Shown here: in pieces, positions 24,591 through 32,000 of the stretch
How the letters are laid out: each line of letters opens with the position of its first letter
Numbering within the stretch: position 1 is the first letter of the stretch
Notes under the pieces: generated by a model
What the model was told of the DNA's origin: nothing
Seen by the model: only the letters and a program-made list of their open reading frames with translations
The model's database searches: none
Program-made: the position numbers and the translations under genes
From: Candidatus Saccharimonadota bacterium
GTDB lineage: Bacteria > Patescibacteriota > Microgenomatia > UBA1406 > GWC2-37-13
Direction of reading: 5' to 3'
Length of the DNA: 32,000 nucleotides
NCBI GenBank assembly: GCA_016700135.1
Contig: CP065004.1
Coordinates: 60,001 to 92,000 of the forward strand

Positions 24591-25255
24591 ACAATTTTTC
24601 CGTCAACAATCCTAATCTGTCGTTGGGTTTTTGCAGCGACATCAGCTTCATGTGTGACAATAAGTACCGTAATATTGTCAGCTCTATTAAGATCTTTCAG
24701 GAGTTTCATTATTTCATCACCTGTCTTCGTGTCAAGATTTCCTGTCGGTTCATCCGCCAGGATCAGATCAGGCTCCATAATAAGAGATCGCGCTATCGCG
24801 ACGCGTTGCTGTTGGCCTCCTGATATTCTATTCGGACGGGATTGTGCTTTGCTTGCAATACCGAATCGCTCCAGTATTTCCATTGCCTTCTTTTCAGGAT
24901 CGAAATGTAGTTTCTTCCTGGCATAGTAAGTAGGCAACAAGACATTTTCAAGAACAGTAAGCTTATTGATTAGATTGAACTGCTGAAAAACAAAACCGAC
25001 GAACTCATTTCGAAGGGTAGAGAGCTGATTATCATTAAGACGGGATACGTCTTTGCCATTGATTTCAATAGTTCCTGAAGTCGGCTGATCCAATAATCCT
25101 ATTATATGCATGAGCGTAGATTTTCCTGAGCCGGAAGGACCGAGAAGTGCCGTGAATTCACCCTTTTCTATCGTAAGATTTATATCTTCAAGAGCCGTAA
25201 AAATAACATCGCGGTCTATCTTATACTGTTTACCCACTTGCTGAAGTTTGATCAT
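24587..25255 (-). CDS. ABC transporter ATP-binding protein (MacB/LolD-like)
   Basis: Walker A GPSGSGKST, signature LSGGQQQRVAIARS, Walker B LILADEPTGNLD, and the H-loop are all present. Confidence 0.9.
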   Translation of the reverse strand: MIKLQQVGKQYKIDRDVIFTALEDINLTIEKGEFTALLGPSGSGKSTLMHIIGLLDQPTSGTIEINGKDVSRLNDNQLSTLRNEFVGFVFQQFNLINKLTVLENVLLPTYYARKKLHFDPEKKAMEILERFGIASKAQSRPNRISGGQQQRVAIARSLIMEPDLILADEPTGNLDTKTGDEIMKLLKDLNRADNITVLIVTHEADVAAKTQRQIRIVDGKIV

Positions 25256-25267
25256 TGGAGTTCATTA

Positions 25268-26335
25268 TTATTCAATCTCATAAATTACATCCCCTTCGTA
25301 TACACCGTTGAGAACCTGGACCTGGCCGTCATATTCCGGACCGACTGTTATTTCAACACGCTCTTTTTTTCCGTTCACTTTCTTATACACATACGTTTTC
25401 CCGTCATCTGTCTCTTCAATTATTGAAAAGGGAATTGATACGGCATTGTTGACTTCTTCCAAAATAAATTCAACATCTCCGGTCATACCGAGCCTGTATT
25501 TTGATCCTGAAACAGGTGTGAATGCCATTTTCGCTTCATAGACCGTTCCTGATTCATTGGTTTTGGGTGTAAATGAAATATCTGTAATGGTGCCCACTAT
25601 TTCCTGATCGGGATATGCATCAAGAGTAATTGTTCCCTGCATCCCCTCATATAGTTTGACCACCTCTGTCTGATCTGCTGAGATTGAAAAATATATTGAG
25701 TCAGGATTAATAACCTGAAAGGTATCTGTTACTGACACATTCATTCCAGCATTGGGAGTATCCACGCGGGTCACGATACCGTCAATCGGCGTGTATAAAA
25801 ATGAATATTCCTTGGCAATAGCCTGCAATTCCACATCAAGTACTGAATTATCCAGGTCAAACTGAGCATTCTCCAATGTCCGTTCCGCACGTGTGCGGAT
25901 TTCCTGGGATAAACCGAGGACCTCATCTTCGTTGTCGTCATTTGATTGTTCAAAATCACGCCGTTCTTTAGAATAGTTATTGAGATACTTCTGCAGCGTT
26001 TTTTCAAGCTGCCTTGTGTCAAGAGATGCTATACCGTCAAATTTCCTGACTGTATCTCCTTCCTTTACCCCTACCCATGAAAGACGTCCTCCTGATTGGA
26101 AATGTAAATCGACTTTATCCTCGGCATCAACAAAACCCGACAAATTCAAGATATCCTGCAGAGTTCCTTGTGTTACCGTATAGGTTGCTTCTTGTGCTGA
26201 TGCTTGAGAAGTACTTTTATTATAAAAATAGCCGCCGATAATACCGACAATAACAATTACTATAATCCATTTATTTTTCAATATTCCCGGAATACGACTA
26301 CCAATTGATCGTTTACCGGTCTCATCTTTTTCCAT
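25268..26335 (-). CDS. HlyD/MacA-type periplasmic adaptor (membrane fusion) protein
   Basis: ORF 25268..26371. The track start is a TTG that overlaps the upstream gene, so the ATG at 26335 (MEKDETGK) is preferred. It has a TM anchor, coiled-coil and beta-barrel segments, and a GDTVRKFDGIASLD lipoyl-like motif. Confidence 0.8.
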   Translation of the reverse strand: MEKDETGKRSIGSRIPGILKNKWIIVIVIVGIIGGYFYNKSTSQASAQEATYTVTQGTLQDILNLSGFVDAEDKVDLHFQSGGRLSWVGVKEGDTVRKFDGIASLDTRQLEKTLQKYLNNYSKERRDFEQSNDDNEDEVLGLSQEIRTRAERTLENAQFDLDNSVLDVELQAIAKEYSFLYTPIDGIVTRVDTPNAGMNVSVTDTFQVINPDSIYFSISADQTEVVKLYEGMQGTITLDAYPDQEIVGTITDISFTPKTNESGTVYEAKMAFTPVSGSKYRLGMTGDVEFILEEVNNAVSIPFSIIEETDDGKTYVYKKVNGKKERVEITVGPEYDGQVQVLNGVYEGDVIYEIE

Positions 26336-26352
26336 ACTATTTATTCTAACAC

Positions 26353-27483
26353 TTAAAGGAACGGACTCCAATCAGCAACGGGTATAACGTTATAAAGAAG
26401 AAAATTCCATGCATATAGATAGATTGCCGGGATAAGCAAAAGAAGTACGAGAAGAAATTTTCTTGAGGTCAAAAATTTTTCGAACGCGATCAAAGCAAAC
26501 GGCCACAGCGGTAGAAGATATCGGGACAAATCTCTATGCTGGACAAAAACAGCAAAAAGAAAAAATAACAGCGGAAAATAAAAAAGACTTCGATATTTCG
26601 AATCTTTCAATATGACGATTGCTGATAGATATATAAAGAAATACAACACAATTTCTTCTAGCCATGGCGTATCTACCCATCGTCCGTTGAAATTAAAGAC
26701 GGAAAAAGGATACGGCATCGGGACTACCCCACCGGTGTGAAAATATGCGAAAAAGTCGTTGTACTGAAATTGATATAATCCGAATACGAGAAGCAAACCG
26801 ACAGGGATCAAACCGATCCATAACCAGCGGAACGAAAAAGTCTTTTCCCGTATCATTTTTTCGAGAAAAACCAATCCGTATGCCCCGAAGAGTAAAATAC
26901 CGGGTGTCTTCGTCATAGTGGCCAGAGCTCCTAAAATCCCTGCGGCAAAATACTGTTTCTTTTCGAAAAAGAATATTGATGCAATAATGAGAAACATAAA
27001 CAGTGGCTCAGGTGCACCGACTGAACGTATGATGAAGAAACGGGGCAAAAAAAGCAATACTGTTGTCAATACCAGCGGATGCTTTGTCAGATTGAAGTGC
27101 CTGATAAAATAATAAAACATCAATGCAAGTGCAACCGTAAACAAGATGGTGACGCCGAGCATTGCATTCAGATATCCGAGAATAGGCGCCAGTAAAGCGA
27201 TGAAAAACGGATACAGCGGAAGGTGGGCGGCATAGTACTCAAGCGGTAACGTAAACTCAAGTCTCATCGCCTCAATAGCTTTCGGATTGTACCAGGAAAC
27301 CGCGGGAACAATGTAATACAGTCCGTCATAATTCTGATATACATACTGCATTGATGAATCTTTACTGAATCCGAGATATTTCAACGCATTGGTGGCAAAC
27401 GGCAGATAAAGCAGTAAAGTAGATACGATGATAACTGCTATAATGGATATTAATTGAGGGTATGAGATAGTTTTTTTATCCAT
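26353..27483 (-). CDS. GT-C-fold polytopic membrane glycosyltransferase (mannosyltransferase/DUF2029-like)
   Basis: ORF 26353..27522 with more than 9 TM helices. ATG candidates lie at 27483, 27498 and 27507. I chose 27483 (MDKKTISYP) to avoid overlap with the divergent gene. Confidence 0.65.
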   Translation of the reverse strand: MDKKTISYPQLISIIAVIIVSTLLLYLPFATNALKYLGFSKDSSMQYVYQNYDGLYYIVPAVSWYNPKAIEAMRLEFTLPLEYYAAHLPLYPFFIALLAPILGYLNAMLGVTILFTVALALMFYYFIRHFNLTKHPLVLTTVLLFLPRFFIIRSVGAPEPLFMFLIIASIFFFEKKQYFAAGILGALATMTKTPGILLFGAYGLVFLEKMIREKTFSFRWLWIGLIPVGLLLVFGLYQFQYNDFFAYFHTGGVVPMPYPFSVFNFNGRWVDTPWLEEIVLYFFIYLSAIVILKDSKYRSLFYFPLLFFLFAVFVQHRDLSRYLLPLWPFALIAFEKFLTSRKFLLVLLLLIPAIYLYAWNFLLYNVIPVADWSPFL

Positions 27484-27505
27484 ACCGTATTCTACCATTT
27501 TTGTC

Positions 27506-28957
27506 ATGCATAAAAGAATCATCTATTTCACCATCCTGACTCTTATCGGTATCGGAGCCTTTTTGAGGCTGTATGATCTGTCAGGTTTTATCACCTTTCT
27601 GGGAGATCAGGGCAGGGATGCACTTATCGTAAAACGGATAGTCACGTTTGAACATTTTCCGTCAATCGGTGCGCCGAGTTCAGTCGGGATGGTGTACCTG
27701 GGACCGTTTTATTATTATCTGATCGCTCCGTTTATACTTCTTTCCAATTTCGATCCTGTCGGTCTTGCTTACGGCGTGTCGTTCATGTCTATAGCCGGAA
27801 TGATTATCAGCTATCTGATTGTCAGAAAACTGGTCGATGAACGGACAGCAATTCCATTCCTTGTCTTTTCAGTTTTTTCCTATGCATCGGTTTACCTGTC
27901 CCGTTTTTCATGGAATCCGAATCTGCTTCCGATCTTTACGTTTCTGACATTATTTTTCTTTTATCAGTGGCTGACGACTAAAAAACGTATCATGAGTTTG
28001 CTTTCCGGAGCATTTCTTTCATTTTCAATCCAACTCCATTATTTAGCACTGTTCCTTTTTTTCCCTCTGTTTTTTGTTTACATCTTTCATTTTTTTCAAG
28101 AGAAAAAGAATAAAAAGCTGCTTACGGGTTTACTACCGGCGGTCCTTTCCTTTACTTTTTTCTCTTCACCGCTCATTCTTTTTGACCTGAGGCATAACTT
28201 TCTGAATGCCCGAAATTTCATTGCATTGTTCACCGAAGGGAAAGTCGAGTCAGCAACACCTTTCATAAATCGTTTGCTCCAGACAATTCAGCAGTTTTTT
28301 TCTCATAGTCTTCAGATCAATATGAATGAACCGATTGCACTGATTACTTTTATGGTAATTATTGCAGCTTTTGTCCTGCTTTTTAAAAAAACAAAATCGC
28401 AGTTCCTTTTGCTTCACGGGTTGACATTCATATCCTTTATCGTATTGTTTGCTTTTCTGGAAAGCGCCAGACATCTGCATTATTTCGGCCCTGCATACCC
28501 GAGTTTTTATCTGATAGTCAGTGCTGCAGTGTCCCTTATTCCTACAAAATTAGTCCGGTATGGAACTTTGGCATTAATTATGGCGTTGTTTGTATTCTTT
28601 AATGCAAAGCAGTACGCGTTTTTGCGGAAAGAGCCGAACAGTCAAATCGATTACGCAAAAGGTATTGCTGACTCATTCAAACCTCACATTACATCTGAGC
28701 CTATTCAGGTAGTGACAATTCCTTTTACCGAATCCGACGGACACTACAGATACTTTTTAGATCTGGCAGGATATGATCTGCTTGCTCACGATTCCCCAGA
28801 ACAGGCTGAAGAATTATTCGTCATGTGTTTTACGGAATGTAATCCGACAGGAGATCCTCAGTGGCAGATTGCCGCTTTTGCCGACAAACAACTTGCAGGA
28901 TCCTGGAGCATCGGCGATGTTACAATATATAAAATAATTCATAATAAAGCGAAATAA
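27506..28957 (+). CDS. GT39/ArnT-like GT-C membrane glycosyltransferase
   Basis: 483-aa polytopic ORF. The first extracytoplasmic loop is FLGDQGRDALIVKRI (Asp-containing, as in ArnT/PMT-type enzymes). A soluble domain sits at the C-terminus. Confidence 0.7.
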   Translation: MHKRIIYFTILTLIGIGAFLRLYDLSGFITFLGDQGRDALIVKRIVTFEHFPSIGAPSSVGMVYLGPFYYYLIAPFILLSNFDPVGLAYGVSFMSIAGMIISYLIVRKLVDERTAIPFLVFSVFSYASVYLSRFSWNPNLLPIFTFLTLFFFYQWLTTKKRIMSLLSGAFLSFSIQLHYLALFLFFPLFFVYIFHFFQEKKNKKLLTGLLPAVLSFTFFSSPLILFDLRHNFLNARNFIALFTEGKVESATPFINRLLQTIQQFFSHSLQINMNEPIALITFMVIIAAFVLLFKKTKSQFLLLHGLTFISFIVLFAFLESARHLHYFGPAYPSFYLIVSAAVSLIPTKLVRYGTLALIMALFVFFNAKQYAFLRKEPNSQIDYAKGIADSFKPHITSEPIQVVTIPFTESDGHYRYFLDLAGYDLLAHDSPEQAEELFVMCFTECNPTGDPQWQIAAFADKQLAGSWSIGDVTIYKIIHNKAK

Positions 28958-28958
28958 T

Positions 28959-29708
28959 ATGAAAATAACCCTTATTGTCCCCTGTTACAACGAGGAGGCA
29001 AATATTCAAAAAGGCGTCCTTGACCGGATCGGTAATTACACGAAAGATGACAGCCGATTCGGAGAAATTCTTATTGTGGATGACGGATCAAGCGATAAAT
29101 CTGTCGAAATTATCAAAGAAAAATACGAAGAATTATTTCCTAAGTTTCGGGTTATTAAAAATGCCCATTTGGGAAAAGCATTTGCGATAATCCGGGGTAT
29201 TGAAGAGGCAAAAGGAGATACGGTCATGTTTTCGGATATCGATCTGGCAACCCCGATTGAGGAATCCGAAAAACTGATCGAACAGGCTGAAAAAAACTTT
29301 GATATCGTCATCGGTTCACGAAGCGGTCATCGCGAAGGTGCCCCTCTCACAAGAAAAATCATGGCTTTGGGAATGATTTTTATCAGAAATTACATTGTCG
29401 GCCTGCACGGAATTCGAGATACCCAGTGCGGATTCAAGCTTTTCAATACCAAAGCAGCACGCCATATCATTTCTCATCTACAGGTTTTTAAGGACAGACA
29501 AAAAGCCGAAGGCTCATCTGTATCTGCTGGATTTGATCTGGAATTTCTGTTTCTTGCTGCCAGACTCGGATACACGATTAAAGAAGTTCCTGTCATGTGG
29601 CGGCATGTTGAAACAAAAAATGTCACATTTGTGAAATCTTCTCTCGAAGGGTTAAAAGATATACTCTCAATCAAGTGGTATGAGATTCTCAAAAAGTATC
29701 CTGTCTAA
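28959..29708 (+). CDS. GT2 polyprenol-phosphate glycosyltransferase (Dpm1/Ppm1/GtrB-like)
   Basis: Motifs are LIVPCYNEE, VDDGSSD, SDIDLATP (DxD) and DTQCGFKLF. Confidence 0.85.
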   Translation: MKITLIVPCYNEEANIQKGVLDRIGNYTKDDSRFGEILIVDDGSSDKSVEIIKEKYEELFPKFRVIKNAHLGKAFAIIRGIEEAKGDTVMFSDIDLATPIEESEKLIEQAEKNFDIVIGSRSGHREGAPLTRKIMALGMIFIRNYIVGLHGIRDTQCGFKLFNTKAARHIISHLQVFKDRQKAEGSSVSAGFDLEFLFLAARLGYTIKEVPVMWRHVETKNVTFVKSSLEGLKDILSIKWYEILKKYPV

Positions 29709-30978
29709 CATCGTACTTCCGATTACGCTGCTTATCATATCTGCAGGGATTGTCTTTTACCAATTTCCGTCTCTTCCTCAGAATATCGCTCTTGATGAAG
29801 TCGAGTTTATCAAGCTGGCCCGATCTCTGGAAAATGCTCCCTATGCCCCTTACAGTCAGCTAGCCACAGGTCATGCTACTTTGTATTTCTATATGCTTTT
29901 GGCATCAATCAGAATGTTCGGAGAAACCGTTTTTGCCGTCCGATTCCCGTCAGCTTTATTCGGAGTGATTGATGTATTACTTTTATACGGCATCTTCAAA
30001 CTGGTATTTGAAGAACGGAAAAAACTGCCTGAAACGGTACGTACGCTGATGCCCTTTTTTCTTGCTTTTACATTCATCACTATGCGGTGGTACTTCAACT
30101 TTGCGCGTTTCGGATTTGAAGCCAGTACCGTACTTTTTTTTGAACTCGCCGGAATTTACTCTCTGTTTCTGTTCAGAAAAACAAAATCGTTATGGTATGT
30201 CTTCTGGACGGGCATTGCTGCCGGACTGGCATACAATTCGTACACCCCCGGCAGAATATTTTTTATCCTTCCCTTGATCTTTCTCATCTGGGAATACGGA
30301 AGTCTGAAGCAAATCCGCAGAAACTTCGACAAACCCGTACTTCTTTTTATAATACCCTTTCTCTTACTGATCATACCGCTCAATCTGTATTTCACTCAGC
30401 ATGACGATAACCGAATCTATGAGCTCTTTTATTTGCAAAACGAGCAGCTTTCTCTTCAGGAAAAGGCAACCTACACCTGGCAAAATGTGACAAGTCTCAC
30501 CGGTATGTTCTTTGTGAAGGGTGATATGAACGGTCGCCATAACTATCCGGGGAAACCCATGCTCAATCCGATTCAGGGAATCCTCCTTGTCGGCGGTATT
30601 ATTGTCAGTTTGTACAACTGGAAAAAATACCATAACTCATTCTTTCTCCTGTATTTTGTGCTCGGTATGCTTCCGCCGATGATGACGTATCCGTGGGAAA
30701 ACCCGAATGCTCTTCGATCGGTGACGGTACTCCCTTCTGTTGTGTATTTTATCGGACAGGCACTGGTTTATATAACCCGCTTTCCTCTACCGAAAAAGTG
30801 GATTTTATTGGGGATATTTGTTCTTTTGAGTTTTTCAGCAATTTATGAACTGCGAACGTATTTTGTATTTCAGAAACTCGTGTTTCCAGAAGCTTTTGAA
30901 CTGAACACCAATCTTATTAAGCCGTATCTTGAAGGAAATTATTTTCTTGATCCGAATAAACCGAGACAGACGTTATGA
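29680..30978 (+). CDS. GT39/ArnT-like GT-C membrane glycosyltransferase
   Basis: 432-aa polytopic ORF. The first-loop LDEVEF motif resembles the DE motif of PMT/ArnT enzymes. It overlaps the GT2 gene by 29 nt. Confidence 0.7.
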   Translation: MRFSKSILSNIVLPITLLIISAGIVFYQFPSLPQNIALDEVEFIKLARSLENAPYAPYSQLATGHATLYFYMLLASIRMFGETVFAVRFPSALFGVIDVLLLYGIFKLVFEERKKLPETVRTLMPFFLAFTFITMRWYFNFARFGFEASTVLFFELAGIYSLFLFRKTKSLWYVFWTGIAAGLAYNSYTPGRIFFILPLIFLIWEYGSLKQIRRNFDKPVLLFIIPFLLLIIPLNLYFTQHDDNRIYELFYLQNEQLSLQEKATYTWQNVTSLTGMFFVKGDMNGRHNYPGKPMLNPIQGILLVGGIIVSLYNWKKYHNSFFLLYFVLGMLPPMMTYPWENPNALRSVTVLPSVVYFIGQALVYITRFPLPKKWILLGIFVLLSFSAIYELRTYFVFQKLVFPEAFELNTNLIKPYLEGNYFLDPNKPRQTL

Positions 30979-32000
30979 AAAACCTAAGTAAAATCCTTTC
31001 AAAGCATTATCCGGTAATAATCTACCTGTTCATTTTCACCGTTTTGTTTTCAGTAAAACTGATTCAGAACCCGTTTCCGTTTTTTGATTGGGATGAATCA
31101 ATATATGCCGAAGTCGGCTATGAAATGGTTCATCAGATCTCACCTGCCGTGCCGCTGTGGCAGGGGCAATACTGGCTGGACAAACCGCCGCTTGTTCCGC
31201 TTTTTTACGGCGTCGTGATGCTGATTACGCCTTTTTTACAGCCTGAAATATCCACAAGACTTGCGACATTATTTTTGTCTGTGTTCGCACTAGGTCTTTT
31301 GTACGCTCTGTACTATCGTGTCCTGAAAGAAACGTGGATTACGACACTGGTCGTGATGATGACCTCACTTACCTCGATTTTTCTGCAGCGCGCACAGGTA
31401 CTGAATGTCGATGTTTTCCTTCTGATCGGATGGCTGGGATATGTTTTGTTTTACAGAAGATTCTGGACTTCCCTGATTTTTCTGTCATTCTCAGTTTACA
31501 GCAAATCTCTCATCGGATTTTACCCCATCGGGATCATGGGGCTTTACTTTTTCTTTGAAGCCGTGACGGGAAAAATTTCCTGGAAGGAGTTTGCAAAAGA
31601 ACTCGGAAGAATGATATTGCAGGCTGGAATACTTCTTATTTGGCATCTTGCGATGTTTCTCCGTTTCGGACCTACATTCTTGTATCAGCATTTTTATGAG
31701 AGTCATGTCAAAAGGGTTACGGCATCAATAGAATCCCATTTCGGTCAGAGGACCTTTTACATCGATCTCCTGACGATCGAGTACGGGAAATATATTTTCT
31801 TCTCTGCACTCGGTTTTATCATTCTGTTCTATCAATGGATCAGAAACCAACTTAACGATAAAAAAGTTTTGTATAGTTATCTTTTCTTGCCGTGGTTTGT
31901 ATTTCTGAATCTCACCAAAACTAAAATATTCTGGTACGGTCATCCTTATCTCGGACAGTTTGCATTTCTGATGGTATACCCGATTACCTTATTGAAAAAG
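30975..32000 (+). CDS. GT-C membrane glycosyltransferase (partial; continues past the window end)
   Basis: Absent from the ORF track because it has no stop. The ATG at 30975 overlaps the previous TGA (ATGA). I hand-translated 342 codons with no stop: MKNLSKILSKHYPVIIYLFIFTVLFSVKLIQNPFPFFDWDESIYAEVGYEM...WLDKPPLVPLFYG. The DWDES loop and the DKPPL motif are typical of the ArnT/PMT_2 family. Confidence 0.75.
   Translation, partial: MKNLSKILSKHYPVIIYLFIFTVLFSVKLIQNPFPFFDWDESIYAEVGYEMVHQISPAVPLWQGQYWLDKPPLVPLFYGVVMLITPFLQPEISTRLATLFLSVFALGLLYALYYRVLKETWITTLVVMMTSLTSIFLQRAQVLNVDVFLLIGWLGYVLFYRRFWTSLIFLSFSVYSKSLIGFYPIGIMGLYFFFEAVTGKISWKEFAKELGRMILQAGILLIWHLAMFLRFGPTFLYQHFYESHVKRVTASIESHFGQRTFYIDLLTIEYGKYIFFSALGFIILFYQWIRNQLNDKKVLYSYLFLPWFVFLNLTKTKIFWYGHPYLGQFAFLMVYPITLLKK

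Noticed and set aside
30976-30978. Stop-codon reassignment (UGA as sense, as in some CPR lineages)
   Set aside because: Long ORFs close normally with TGA, TAA or TAG, for example the ATGA overlap at 30975-30978. No recognised gene needs read-through of TGA.

Overview
The window is about 40% GC and gene-dense. It looks like a small-genome, CPR/Patescibacteria-like bacterium; that placement is inference from gene content and uses the standard genetic code. I hand-folded eight tRNA genes, all on the minus strand and none with an encoded CCA: Ser-ACU, Ser-UGA, Cys-GCA, Gly-GCC, Phe-GAA, Ile-UAU, Ala-CGC and Arg-CCG. They are interleaved with protein genes.

Gene content:
- Housekeeping and salvage genes: dps (partial), NUDIX hydrolase, tdk, mutM and uppP.
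- A mevalonate-type pair: a diphosphomevalonate-decarboxylase homolog followed by isopentenyl phosphate kinase.
- A MacAB-like ABC efflux operon.
- A glycosylation locus at 26.3-32 kb with four GT-C (GT39/ArnT-like) membrane glycosyltransferases and one GT2 polyprenol-phosphate glycosyltransferase. A GT4 gene and an FkbM methyltransferase lie elsewhere.
- Several secreted or anchored proteins with Pro/Thr-rich linkers. One is a roughly 1,590-aa multidomain glycosidase-like gene that is split by a frameshift. Its neighbour carries a cohesin-like module. A third is a sortase-domain protein.

Most unusual observation: three tRNA genes (Ser-ACU, Ser-UGA, Gly-GCC) are each followed on the same strand by a pseudo-3'-half of themselves.
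- Each pseudo-half has exact 17-22 nt repeats of the parent tRNA's T-stem and acceptor 3' strand.
- The anticodon arm is replaced by a stable hairpin.
- The T-loop is expanded and carries a shared GRAGUUUAUSC motif.
- At the Gly locus, a small GIY-YIG nuclease ORF sits exactly between the tRNA and its pseudo-half.

The spacers in the same tRNA arrays are TAGCT-rich imperfect palindromes. One of them encloses a four-helix-bundle (23S-IVS-protein/Avd-like) ORF, in the architecture known from rRNA intervening sequences.

Other points of interest:
- An A34 tRNA-Ser(ACU) and a tRNA-Ile(UAU).
- An A7 tract that puts the sortase start codon out of frame.
- An anomalously GC-rich small ORF.
- A cohesin-like and a dockerin-like module in adjacent genes.

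I saw no CRISPR array, integrase, transposase or rRNA.
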